Source: an uncultured bacterium
Lineage (GTDB): Bacteria; Krumholzibacteriota; Krumholzibacteriia; Krumholzibacteriales; Krumholzibacteriaceae
Direction of reading: 5' to 3'
DNA: 64,000 nucleotides
NCBI GenBank assembly: GCA_963786935.1
Contig: CAWBAN010000003.1
Coordinates: forward strand, 81,790 to 145,789
Each line of letters starts with the position of its first letter. Positions within the stretch are counted from its first letter, which is position 1. Under the pieces are notes generated by a model. The model saw only the letters and a program-made list of their open reading frames with translations, was not told the DNA's origin and ran no database searches. Shown here piece after piece: positions 30,401 to 39,201 of the stretch. The position numbers and the translations under genes were made by a program.

Positions 30401-33400
30401 TTCCACGTGATGTGGGACACCGAGGATCCCGTCGTGATTCACGTGCGGCACCACAACACGAACGATCTCGATGGTCCCTATCATATCTACGCCGGCGTGA
30501 CCGATAACATCGGCGTGGAATCGGTGTACCTCATGTACGCCAAGAACGGCGGGACGGCCCATCGCCTGCGGATGGAGCTCCTGCCCGACGGGCGCTTCCA
30601 TGGGGCGATCCCGGGACCGACGGCGGTCGGCGACTATTTCGATTACTGGATATACGCCATGGACGAGGCATACGCGGGGAACGTCACGCGCGTGCCCGCG
30701 ACCGGCGCGTACCGGTTCGAAATCGTCGAATACTTCCTGTGGGATTTCGAGCCTGACGACGGCGGCTTCGCGCAGACGGGCAACATCTGGGAGTGGGGCA
30801 TGCCGACGACGGGCCCCAACGCCGCGCATTCGGGCGTGAACGTCTGGGCGACCAAGCTCGCGACGACCTATCCGGCCTCGTCGAACGCGAAGCTCGACGC
30901 GCCGGAGATCACGATCGCGGCGAGCAAGCCGTACACGATTCTCTCGTTCTGGCACTGGTACGAAACGGAGAGTACGTACGACGGCGGAAACGTGAAGATC
31001 TCCGCGGACGGCGGGGCCACGTGGACGCTCGTCACGCCGATCGGCGGCTACGACGGAACGGCGAGCACGGCGAACGCGGGGATTCCCGGCGAGAAGTGCT
31101 TCATCGGAACGGCGAACATGTTCTGGCAGCAGGAGATGTTCGACCTCTCCGCGTACGTCGGGCAGTCGATCAAGGTCCGCTTCCACTTCGGGAGCGACGG
31201 CAGCGTCCAGAAATCCGGCTGGTACGTCGACGACGTCATGATCCGGAGCACCGACACGGACGACTACCCGCCGACGATCAGCGGAACGACCGTGCCGGGG
31301 AGCACCTTCGACACGGCCGGCCCGTACGCGATCACGACCCACGTGAACGATATCCTGTCGGGCGTGGGGGTCGTGTCGCTCTTCTACACGACGGATAACG
31401 GACTCACCTTCACGGAAGTGCCGATGGCGCACGGCGCGGGGGATCTCTACAGCGGAGCGATCCCGGGCCAGCCGAACGGCACGAAGATCAAGTTCTACGT
31501 GAAGGCCGTCGATTCGTCGGCCGAGGCGAACGAAACCGTCGATCCGGCGCTCGCGCCGGCGATGCTGTATTCGTTCGGCATCATGCCCTCCTCGGACATC
31601 CTCGTCGTGGTGAGCGGCTCGACCTCGGGCACCTCGCTCGCCATGTTCCAGGAAGCTCTGACGACGGCGGGCTATGACGCCGACTACTGGAACCGCACGA
31701 CCCAGGGCTGGCTCACGACGGACAAGCTGCTCCTCTACAAGTACATCTTCGTCGATGAGAACAGCGGGCTCACGGCGGCCCAGATGACCGGCCTCACGGA
31801 CTATCTGGCCGCGGGAACGCAGGGCGCCAAGAAGCGGCTCGTGCTCATGGGCCGCGATCTCGGCTACAACTCGACCACGCGTCCGTGGCTCGAGCAGTAC
31901 CTGCGCGCCAACTACGTGCAGGACAACCCGAACTACTGGCAGATCACCGGGTATCCGGGCGATCCGATCGGCGCGGGCGAGAGCTTCGTCATCTCCGGGT
32001 CGTATCCGGACGAATGGCAGCGCTCGACGACCTGGCCGGGCGGCGAGATCGTGTACCAGTACACGGGTACCGGCACCGCGAGGAACCGGAGCGAGCTGCA
32101 GGGCGAGTACGAGAAGGAAGGCAAGGAGTGGGACGGCATCGTCCCGAACACGCCGATCAGCCTCGATGCGGCTGCGGCGATCAAGTACAACGCGACGAAC
32201 TACCGTTCCGTCGCCTTCGCCTTCAACCTGTACTACATCCTGCAGGCCGATCGCCGGGCGGCGGTGATGGGTCGGACGATCGCGTGGTTGTCGGCGCCGG
32301 ATATTCTCCACACGCCGCTCCACGACACCGAGGATACGTCCAATCCGTATCCGATCGTCGCGAGCATCTATTCCGAGACGCTCGATCCGACGCGTCTCTA
32401 CATGACGTATGATAAGGGCTCGGGTCCGGTCGCGGTCCTCATGACGCCGACCGGCACGCCGAACGAGTACCGCGCGTACATCCCGGCGCAGCCGAACGGC
32501 ACGACGGTGCAGTACTACCTGAGCGCGGCCAACTTGGACGGCACGACGAGCTATCATCCGTCCGACGCTCCGGCGAACAAACACGTCTTCCGCGTGACGA
32601 CCGACATCACGCCGCCCGAGATCGTCCACGTGCCGCTCGGCAATTCGGCCGACGTCACGGGACCGTATCTCGTGAAGGCGACGATCACGGACAACATCGG
32701 CGTCAATCCGGCAGCCGTGTTCCTTTCGTACAACAAGAACGGCGGCGCCAGCTCGACGGTCGCCATGACCGCCATGGGCGGCGACGTCTATCAGGCGTCG
32801 ATCCCCGGCCCGGCCGTCGTCGGCGATGTGTTCAACTACTACATCACCGCGCGCGACGTGGCCTCGGTGCCCAACGTCGGACGCAGTCCGGCGGCGGGGT
32901 ACCACATGTTCATGATCGTCGATTACTACGCGTGGGACTTCGAGGCCTCCGGCGGCGACTTCGCGGCGGCCGGCACCGATTGGGAATGGGGCGCGCCGAG
33001 CTACGCTTCGGGACCGCCCGCGGCCCACTCGGGAACGAAGCTGTGGGGAACGAAGCTCGCGGGAACCTACTCGGCGAGCTCGAACTCCCGCCTCGAGACC
33101 CCGACGGTCACGGTGCCGACCTCGGCCCCGTACGCGACGCTGACCTTCTGGCAGTGGTACGCGAACGAGACCAACTACGACGGCGGCAACGTGAAGATCT
33201 CGACGGACGGCGGAGCGACCTGGACGCTGCTCAACGGGGATGTCGCCTACGACGGGACGTCCAAGTCGAACACGGCAGGCATTCCGCTCGAGTCGATCTA
33301 CACGGGAACGACGACCGGCAACTTCTGGAACAAGGTGACGGTCAACCTCACCGCGTACCGGGGCCAGCCGGTCAAGATCCGGTTCCACTTCGGAGCGGAC

Positions 33401-34855
33401 GGATCGTTCCAGTACGCCGGCTGGTACGTCGACGACGTCATGATCGCCGGTGTGCCGGCGGACGCGAATCCGCCGGTCTTCGTATCGACCACGGTGCCGG
33501 GCAGCACCTGGGATACCGTCGGACCGTACGTCGTGAAGACGAAGGTCAGGGACGCGCTCTCGGGTCTCGCCTCGGTGACGATGTACTACAGCGTCGACAA
33601 CGGCGTGAGCTGGACGACGGTCGCGATGACGCCGACGGGTGTCGCCGACGAATTCGGCGGCAACATCCCCGGCCAGCCGTCGCGCACGCGGATCAAGGTT
33701 TATGTCGCGGCGAACGACAACGCCGGGAATACGGGCCTCGATCCGGCCGGCGCGCCGGGCGCGACCTACCAGTTCGGCGTCATGCCGTCGGGCGATTACC
33801 TCGTGATCCTGGGCGGCAGCGCGCCCTCGCCCGCCAGCAGCTTCACCGACGCCTTCACGGCGATCGGGAAGACGTGCGACACGTGGAACTGGGACACCCA
33901 GGGTGTGCCGACGCTCGCGATGCTGAACGCCTACGTGGGCGTCATCGTGGACGAGAGCTCCTACTTCGACACGGCACAGCTGGCGCTGCTCACGAGCTAC
34001 CTCGATCAGAACGACGGCTCGAAGCAGCGGATCGTGTTCTGGGGACGGGATCTGTCCTACGGCTCGGGCGCACCGCGTACCTTCATGGAGAAGTATACGG
34101 GCATGGCCTACGTGAAGGACGATCCCGGCTCGACGTACCGGTGGCTGTGGAGCACTCCGGGCGATCCGATCGGAAACGGCGAGAGATTCGCGATCACCGG
34201 GACCTATCCCGATGAGCTGAAGCTCTCGACGCTCTATCCGGGCGCCCAGATCATCTTCAAGTACCACCTGTCGTCGACCACCGCGCTCGACAACGTCGGG
34301 AGCGAGGAAGAGCTCATTGCCTACTACTACAAGGAAGGCAAGGAATACGACGGGGTATGGCCGATGGTTCCCGCCGCGCCCGACTCGGCCGCGGCAGGAC
34401 GCTACGTCGGCACGTACCACGCGTCGGTCTACTTCGCGTTCCAGTTCAGCTACGTCACCGATGCCGCCCGCAGGGCCGCGGTGCTCGACCGTTCGCTGAA
34501 CTGGCTGACGACGGCGACGACGACGCTCGGAGAGACTGTATCGAAGGAAGATACGACTCCGGAGATTCCGGATCGGATCACCCTCGCGCAGAACTATCCG
34601 AACCCGTTCAACCCCGTCACGACGATCACGGTCGGCGTGCCCGCGAACTTCAGCGGCACCGCCGAGCTCCGGATCTACAACGTGAAGGGAGAGCTCGTCA
34701 GAACGCTGCATCAGGGCGCCATCAAGCCCGGCGTCCACACGTTCCGTTGGGAAGGCACCAACGACGGTGGGCGCAAGGTGACATCCGGTATCTACTTCTA
34801 CAGATTCGTCTGTGGAACTGAACGGATAACCAAGAAGATGGTGCTCCTGCGGTAG
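27488..34855 (+). CDS. Giant secreted S8 subtilase with carboxypeptidase-regulatory-like, Ig-like, immune-inhibitor/MAM-like repeats and FlgD-Ig C-terminal domain
   Basis: LDTG, HGTHT and GTSMAAPHV catalytic triad motifs; signal and propeptide; ends LAQNYPNPFNP...KKMVLLR. Confidence 0.92.
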   Translation: MTHRKALLSCAAALLALLILLPSVQSADPVEGVKAKIAPALGVQMAAAQPGDYVTAIVKLNTVANVKAIRGDRKAVFTELRAVSKRTQDGLVQYLGTAAVKPKVKLVRQFWIDNIVLVQATPDVIREIAARPDVREVFDNYTVTMPPRPGDGGHPVLQQAAPLWDALGKIGAKQVWSTYGINGTGVRVGGLDTGVDITHPDIAGKMITNNPSDPTYPGGWAEFNSTGGIVPGSLPRDTDQHGTHTTGTAIGGSASGYPIGVAPGAHFMHGLVIPGGSGTFAQVAGGMQWIIDPDGNPATNDGAQVVNMSLGGTGTYSEMVAPTDNMVAANVFPSFSIGNSGPNASTTGSPGNVPSAFGVGASDSLDVIAYFSSRGPVTWNYPPYVGTWIKPDISAPGVDIFSSIPGGGYAGDWDGTSMAAPHVTGTVALMLQANPTLTVEQTKLLLQQTAVDRGDPGMDNTYGWGRINAFAAVSAALTGIGTLEGHVYSSAGGLPVQGAKVRLTDTGQQVYTNAAGYYMLKAVAGIHSVQVSRFGFDAVTVTVNIAADVTTTQDFTLTQLPSGTIAGYVTDDETGVGIAASISVKYLGDPVLTISTNPADGYYSVTLPTGTYDLVFNPSFPYPMTTRNGIAVAEGATTTLDVALGRAQILIVDDDAGKEYQTYFETAVAGSGRSYLTVSAPPNAATMALFESVIWLTGNDYTTTLTATDMTEIAAFLDGGGRLFMTGQDIGYDIGTTTFYTNYLHASYVQDDVGLGGVLGVAASAVGNGFTFEIKGGSGANNQAYPSEINPVAPASPAFVYDPAVPAAAATANDVVKNGVSADAITGSGTAGLTFENGTYKLVYFAFGFEAVADATTRTMLMDRVLDWLQGYPKIVHTPLGDTENATNPYRIAAVVTSDYFALDPSTIALVYDAGLGDVTVPMTATGVPDEYEAFIPAQAIGTEIAYYLTASDVEGHVTTHPMGAPAARHIFHVMWDTEDPVVIHVRHHNTNDLDGPYHIYAGVTDNIGVESVYLMYAKNGGTAHRLRMELLPDGRFHGAIPGPTAVGDYFDYWIYAMDEAYAGNVTRVPATGAYRFEIVEYFLWDFEPDDGGFAQTGNIWEWGMPTTGPNAAHSGVNVWATKLATTYPASSNAKLDAPEITIAASKPYTILSFWHWYETESTYDGGNVKISADGGATWTLVTPIGGYDGTASTANAGIPGEKCFIGTANMFWQQEMFDLSAYVGQSIKVRFHFGSDGSVQKSGWYVDDVMIRSTDTDDYPPTISGTTVPGSTFDTAGPYAITTHVNDILSGVGVVSLFYTTDNGLTFTEVPMAHGAGDLYSGAIPGQPNGTKIKFYVKAVDSSAEANETVDPALAPAMLYSFGIMPSSDILVVVSGSTSGTSLAMFQEALTTAGYDADYWNRTTQGWLTTDKLLLYKYIFVDENSGLTAAQMTGLTDYLAAGTQGAKKRLVLMGRDLGYNSTTRPWLEQYLRANYVQDNPNYWQITGYPGDPIGAGESFVISGSYPDEWQRSTTWPGGEIVYQYTGTGTARNRSELQGEYEKEGKEWDGIVPNTPISLDAAAAIKYNATNYRSVAFAFNLYYILQADRRAAVMGRTIAWLSAPDILHTPLHDTEDTSNPYPIVASIYSETLDPTRLYMTYDKGSGPVAVLMTPTGTPNEYRAYIPAQPNGTTVQYYLSAANLDGTTSYHPSDAPANKHVFRVTTDITPPEIVHVPLGNSADVTGPYLVKATITDNIGVNPAAVFLSYNKNGGASSTVAMTAMGGDVYQASIPGPAVVGDVFNYYITARDVASVPNVGRSPAAGYHMFMIVDYYAWDFEASGGDFAAAGTDWEWGAPSYASGPPAAHSGTKLWGTKLAGTYSASSNSRLETPTVTVPTSAPYATLTFWQWYANETNYDGGNVKISTDGGATWTLLNGDVAYDGTSKSNTAGIPLESIYTGTTTGNFWNKVTVNLTAYRGQPVKIRFHFGADGSFQYAGWYVDDVMIAGVPADANPPVFVSTTVPGSTWDTVGPYVVKTKVRDALSGLASVTMYYSVDNGVSWTTVAMTPTGVADEFGGNIPGQPSRTRIKVYVAANDNAGNTGLDPAGAPGATYQFGVMPSGDYLVILGGSAPSPASSFTDAFTAIGKTCDTWNWDTQGVPTLAMLNAYVGVIVDESSYFDTAQLALLTSYLDQNDGSKQRIVFWGRDLSYGSGAPRTFMEKYTGMAYVKDDPGSTYRWLWSTPGDPIGNGERFAITGTYPDELKLSTLYPGAQIIFKYHLSSTTALDNVGSEEELIAYYYKEGKEYDGVWPMVPAAPDSAAAGRYVGTYHASVYFAFQFSYVTDAARRAAVLDRSLNWLTTATTTLGETVSKEDTTPEIPDRITLAQNYPNPFNPVTTITVGVPANFSGTAELRIYNVKGELVRTLHQGAIKPGVHTFRWEGTNDGGRKVTSGIYFYRFVCGTERITKKMVLLR

Positions 34856-34863
34856 CATGTCAG

Positions 34864-34896
34864 GGGGGCTTCCCGCGCGCCGCGCGGGAAGCCCCC
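34864..34896 (+). terminator. GC-rich hairpin after the subtilase (no T tract)
   Basis: GGGGGCTTCCCGCGC...GCGCGGGAAGCCCCC. Confidence 0.55.
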
Positions 34897-35013
34897 AACC
34901 GGAGCGGCGGGAACGATTCCCCATCGCCGCCCTCCCGATCAGCGCCCGGGCGAGTCCCCCCCGATTCTCACGTCATCGATCGCGCAGCAGCGGGTGCACG
35001 CCCCGGAAAAGGC

Positions 35014-35060
35014 TTGACAGCGCGCCGCCCGGGATTCATTATTAGTAATAGTTACTATTA
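35014..35060 (+). promoter_or_regulatory. Promoter with Fur/PerR-type 7-1-7 box
   Basis: TTGACA-17 nt-CATTAT, then TAATAGT-T-ACTATTA palindrome (35046-35060) in an AT-rich patch. Confidence 0.78.
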
Positions 35061-35081
35061 TTATTTAATGGAGCGCGGGGC

Positions 35082-35474
35082 ATGCGAAGGACGAAACAGA
35101 GGGAAGTGATCCTCGAGGAGCTCGCGAAGCTCTGCGCGCATCCGAGCGCCGACGAGCTGTACGGCCTCGTGAAGAAGCGGCTCCCCCGGATCAGCCTCGG
35201 CACCGTGTACCGGAATCTCGAGGTGCTCTCGCGCGAGGGTGTCATCGCGAGGATCGACACGGCGGGCTCGCAGATGCGCTTCGACGCGGAGACGGGGGAT
35301 CATCAGCACATCCGCTGCGTCGGCTGCGGGCGCATCGACGACGTGCCGGCCGGCGTCGCGCGGGCGAGGTGCGGCGGGCGCGTCGCGAAGGAGACGGGAT
35401 ACCGGGTGCTCGGCCGGCGTGTCGAGTATATCGGCGTCTGCCCCGCGTGCGGGAAGAAAACGAGGAGGAATTGA
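35082..35474 (+). CDS. Fur/PerR-family regulator
   Basis: TKQR, HPSADE, SLGTVYRNL, HQHIRCVGC and CPAC motifs. Confidence 0.93.
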   Translation: MRRTKQREVILEELAKLCAHPSADELYGLVKKRLPRISLGTVYRNLEVLSREGVIARIDTAGSQMRFDAETGDHQHIRCVGCGRIDDVPAGVARARCGGRVAKETGYRVLGRRVEYIGVCPACGKKTRRN

Positions 35475-35475
35475 C

Positions 35476-36351
35476 GTGCCTGCGCGAGTGAAATCGGCGG
35501 CGCTTGGGCGCGGCGAAACGCGGGAGCGGCCGGGGAGCCTCGACCGGCGGGAGCTCGAGCGCCTGTACCTGAAGTACAACGACCGCCGCTTCATCGCGAC
35601 GGACCCCGTGGAGTTCGTGCATCGCTACGAGAGCCCGCGCGACCGGGAGATCGTCGCGCTCGTCGCCTCTTCGCTCGCTTTCGGGAACGTGAAACAGATC
35701 AGGGGAAGCGTCGCCCGCGCGCTCGATATCCTCGGCCCCGCGCCCGCCGACCGCGTGGCGGGATCGTCGCGGTCCGATCTCGAGCGCGAATTTCTCGGAT
35801 TCAGGCACCGGTGGATCGCGGGGGCGGATGTGGCGGCGCTCCTCGGCGGCGCGCGGCGCGCGATCGCCGGATACGGTTCGCTCGGGGCCCTTTTCGGCTC
35901 GATGCTCGAGCGGGGGGACGCCGACGTCGCCCCGGCGGCGGGGCGGTTCGCGCGCGCCCTGCGCGGCGCGGGCGGCGGATACCGGCAGTGCCTGCTCCCG
36001 TCCCCGGAGTCGGGGAGCGCCTGCAAGCGATTGAACCTCTTCCTGCGCTGGATGGTCCGGTCGGACGCCGTCGATCCGGGGGGGTGGCGCGAGGTGCCGC
36101 CGGCGATGCTTCTCGTGCCGCTCGACACGCACATGCACCGCTTCGCCCTGCGGCGCGGGCTCACGAGGCGTCGCGCCGCCGATCTCGAGGCGGCGCGCGA
36201 GGTGACGGCCGCATTCAGGAAAGTCGCGCCCGACGATCCGGTGAAGTACGATTTCGCGTTGACCCGTCTCGGCATGCTGCGGGGCGAGGAAGGAGGAGAC
36301 CGGTGCGGGAATTCATCGTTGAGTTCGGCCGATCCGTCTGGTCGACGCTGA
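35476..36351 (+). CDS. TIGR02757/DUF2400-family protein
   Basis: DPV, SACKRLNLFLRWMVR, PLDTH and DPVKYDFAL motifs. Confidence 0.85.
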   Translation: MPARVKSAALGRGETRERPGSLDRRELERLYLKYNDRRFIATDPVEFVHRYESPRDREIVALVASSLAFGNVKQIRGSVARALDILGPAPADRVAGSSRSDLEREFLGFRHRWIAGADVAALLGGARRAIAGYGSLGALFGSMLERGDADVAPAAGRFARALRGAGGGYRQCLLPSPESGSACKRLNLFLRWMVRSDAVDPGGWREVPPAMLLVPLDTHMHRFALRRGLTRRRAADLEAAREVTAAFRKVAPDDPVKYDFALTRLGMLRGEEGGDRCGNSSLSSADPSGRR

Positions 36352-37580
36352 GCGAAATGTCGCCGTATCTCCTCTTCGGCTTCCTCGTCGCGGGGGTCCT
36401 CTCGGTGCTCGTGAAGCCCGAGACGGTCGAACGCCATCTGGGAGGGCGCGGCGTCTGGCAGGCGTTCAAGGCGGCGATTTTCGGCGTGCCGCTCCCGCTC
36501 TGCTCGTGCGGCGTCATCCCCGTCGCGGCGTCGCTCCGCAGGCACGGCGCGAGCCCGGCCGCGACGACCTCGTTCCTCATCTCGACGCCGCAGACCGGAG
36601 TCGACAGCATCCTCGTCACCTACAGTCTCCTCGGCCCCGTCTTCGCCGTCTTCAGGCCCGTCGTCGCCTTTCTGAGCGGGATCGCCGGCGGCATATTCGT
36701 GAACTTCTTCGGCTACGAAAAGGGCGGCGCGCCCGACGCTCATCCGGCCTGCACGGCGGAATGCTGCGGCGGCGCCGGGAGCCGTCGGGGCGGTCTCGCG
36801 CAGGCGCTCAGGTACGGATTCGTCACGCTCCCGCGCGACATCAACAAGGCGCTCATCGTCGGCATTCTCGTCGCCGGCGCCATATCGGCGGCGGTTCCGG
36901 AAGACTTCTTCGCGGGGGTGCTCGGCGGCGGCATCGTCTCGATGCTCGTCATGATGGCGATCGGCATCCCGATTTACGTGTGCGCGACGGCGTCCGTGCC
37001 GATCGCGGCGGCGCTCATGATGAAGGGCGTCTCCCCGGGGGCCGCGCTCGTGTTCCTCATGACCGGCCCCGCCACTAACGCCGCGACGATCACGACCGTC
37101 TGGAAGATTATGGGCAAGCGGATCGCGGGCATCTACCTCGGCACGGTCGCGGTCTCGGCGCTCGCGGCGGGCCTCGTCCTCGACGCCGTCACCGGGGGGA
37201 GCGCGGCCCATTCGATGGCGCACTCCCACTGGATGCTGCCCGGCATCGCGAACACGATCGCGGCGTTCGCGCTGCTCGCGGTCCTCGGGTACGCGTTCTT
37301 CAGGCCGGCGAAGGTCGGCGGCGTCGACGAAACGGCGGGCGCCGGCCGGACGGTCCGCGTCGCGATCGAGGGGATGACGTGCAACCACTGCGCGAACGCG
37401 GTCCGGCGCGCGCTCCTCGAGAGCGCCGGCGTTTCGTCGGTCGAGGTCGATCTCAAGCGGGGCGAGGCGCTCGTCGCCGGGAACGGCCTCGACGAGGCGC
37501 AGATCGCGAAGGCCGTCGAATCGCTCGGCTACCAGGTCACGGGGATCGTCGACGCGGGGCGGTCCGGAACGGTCGAATAG
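36303..37580 (+). CDS. SO_0444-type permease with C-terminal HMA domain
   Basis: PLPLCSCGVIP, STPQTGVDS, YVCATASVP and GMTCNHC motifs. Confidence 0.88.
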   Translation: MREFIVEFGRSVWSTLSEMSPYLLFGFLVAGVLSVLVKPETVERHLGGRGVWQAFKAAIFGVPLPLCSCGVIPVAASLRRHGASPAATTSFLISTPQTGVDSILVTYSLLGPVFAVFRPVVAFLSGIAGGIFVNFFGYEKGGAPDAHPACTAECCGGAGSRRGGLAQALRYGFVTLPRDINKALIVGILVAGAISAAVPEDFFAGVLGGGIVSMLVMMAIGIPIYVCATASVPIAAALMMKGVSPGAALVFLMTGPATNAATITTVWKIMGKRIAGIYLGTVAVSALAAGLVLDAVTGGSAAHSMAHSHWMLPGIANTIAAFALLAVLGYAFFRPAKVGGVDETAGAGRTVRVAIEGMTCNHCANAVRRALLESAGVSSVEVDLKRGEALVAGNGLDEAQIAKAVESLGYQVTGIVDAGRSGTVE

Positions 37581-37638
37581 AATGGAGAGGAATCGGCTCT
37601 GCCGAGGAGGAAGCACGTAGGCACGGAAGGAGCGAACG

Positions 37639-38211
37639 ATGTCGCTGAAGGGAACGAAGACCGAGAAGAACATCCTCACGGCGTTCTGCGGGGAGTCGCA
37701 GGCGCGCAACCGGTACACCTACTTCGCGAGCCAGGCGAAGAAGGAGGGATTCGAGCAGATCACGGCCATCTTCGAGGAGACGGCGAATCAGGAGCGGGAG
37801 CACGCCAAGCGCCTCTTCAAGCTCCTCGAGGGGGGAGAGGTCGAGATCCAGGCGAAGTTCCCCGCCGGCGTCATCGGCGCGACGGCGGAGAATCTCGGCG
37901 AGGCGGCGGGGGGAGAGCATTACGAATGGACCGAGATGTATCCCGGGTTCGCGAAGATCGCCCGGGCGGAAGGCTTCGGCGACATCGCGGCGATTTTCGA
38001 GTCGATCGCGGTCGCCGAGAGGCAGCACGAGAAGCGCTACCTCGCCCTCAAGGAGAACATCGAGAAGGGGAAGGTCTTCAAACGGGAAAAGAAGGTCGTG
38101 TGGCGCTGCCGCAACTGCGGCTATCTCCACGAAGGGACGGAAGCCCCCGAGATGTGCCCGGCGTGCGCGCACCCGAAGGCGCACTTCGAGCTGCTCGGGG
38201 AGAACTATTGA
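37639..38211 (+). CDS. rbr: Rubrerythrin
   Basis: GESQARNRY, EREHA, CRNCG and CPACAHP motifs. Confidence 0.96.
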   Translation: MSLKGTKTEKNILTAFCGESQARNRYTYFASQAKKEGFEQITAIFEETANQEREHAKRLFKLLEGGEVEIQAKFPAGVIGATAENLGEAAGGEHYEWTEMYPGFAKIARAEGFGDIAAIFESIAVAERQHEKRYLALKENIEKGKVFKREKKVVWRCRNCGYLHEGTEAPEMCPACAHPKAHFELLGENY

Positions 38212-38236
38212 TCGGGGCGTTTCCGCGGAGTATAAT
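38208..38236 (+). promoter_or_regulatory. Internal sigma-70 promoter before dfx
   Basis: TTGATC-17 nt-TATAAT. Confidence 0.6.
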
Positions 38237-38289
38237 GGCCCGCGAAAGCGGTCCGCGTTTCGGGGAATCAGGAAAGGGGGCAGATTGCA

Positions 38290-38667
38290 ATGGCGAAGAG
38301 GCTTGAAATCTACAAGTGCGAGAAGTGCGGCAACATCGTCGAGGTGCTCCACGAGGGGGGCGGCGAGCTCGTGTGCTGCGGGGGGCCGATGAAGCTCCTC
38401 ACGGAGAACACGACGGACGCGGCGAAGGAGAAACACGTTCCCGTCATCGAGAAGGTCGCCGGCGGCTACCGGGTGAAGGTGGGATCGGTGGCGCACCCGA
38501 TGGAAGAGAAGCATTACATCGAATGGATCCAGCTCGTCGCCGACGGCGAGTCGTACCGGAAGTTCCTCAAGCCGGGCGAGGCGCCCGAGGCGGTCTTCAA
38601 TATCGCGGCGAAGAGCGTTTGGGCCCGCGAGTACTGCAACCTGCACAGCCTTTGGAAAGGAATGTGA
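38290..38667 (+). CDS. dfx: Desulfoferrodoxin (2Fe superoxide reductase)
   Basis: CEKCGN, CCG, EKHVP, HPM...HYIEWI and YCNLH motifs. Confidence 0.96.
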   Translation: MAKRLEIYKCEKCGNIVEVLHEGGGELVCCGGPMKLLTENTTDAAKEKHVPVIEKVAGGYRVKVGSVAHPMEEKHYIEWIQLVADGESYRKFLKPGEAPEAVFNIAAKSVWAREYCNLHSLWKGM

Positions 38668-38673
38668 TCGCGA

Positions 38674-39171
38674 ATGATCGGCACAAAGATCCACGCCGCG
38701 TTCAACGAACAGATCAACCACGAGATATACTCCGGGTATCTCTACCTCTCGATGTCCGCGTACTTCATTTCGCTGGGGCTCGACGGATTCGCGCACTGGA
38801 TGCGCGTCCAGCGGATGGAGGAAGAGGCGCACGCGATGAAGTTCTTCGAGCACCTGCGCGATCGCGACGCCCGGATCGAGCTCGGCGCGATCGACAAGCC
38901 GAAGCTGAAATGGACCTCGCCGCTCGACGCGTTCAAGGCGGCTTACGAGCACGAGAAGTTCATCACGAGCAAGATCAACGGGCTCTACAAGCTCGCCGAG
39001 AAGGAATCGGACTATCCGGCGAAGGTGCTCCTCGACTGGTTCGTGAAGGAGCAGGTGGAGGAGGAGGCGTCGACCTCGAAGATCGTCCAGCTCCTCGGAC
39101 GGATCAAGGATTCGGGTTCGGGTCTCGTCATGCTCGACAAGCAGCTCGGGAAGCGCGAATTTCACGGCTAG
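38674..39171 (+). CDS. ftn: Non-heme ferritin
   Basis: NEQINHE..S.YLYLSM, EEEAHA and WFVKEQVEEE motifs. Confidence 0.93.
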   Translation: MIGTKIHAAFNEQINHEIYSGYLYLSMSAYFISLGLDGFAHWMRVQRMEEEAHAMKFFEHLRDRDARIELGAIDKPKLKWTSPLDAFKAAYEHEKFITSKINGLYKLAEKESDYPAKVLLDWFVKEQVEEEASTSKIVQLLGRIKDSGSGLVMLDKQLGKREFHG

Positions 39172-39201
39172 GACGCGCCCGCGTCGCGCGGCGGAGGGAC
39201 G

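Noticed and set aside
27737-34924. 2395-aa antisense ORF opposite the subtilase (also 37537-40899, 59421-63086, 56148-58838 and similar)
   Set aside because: Shadow frames caused by high GC3 codon bias; Arg/Ala/Gly-rich, without motifs, and overlapping well-supported genes
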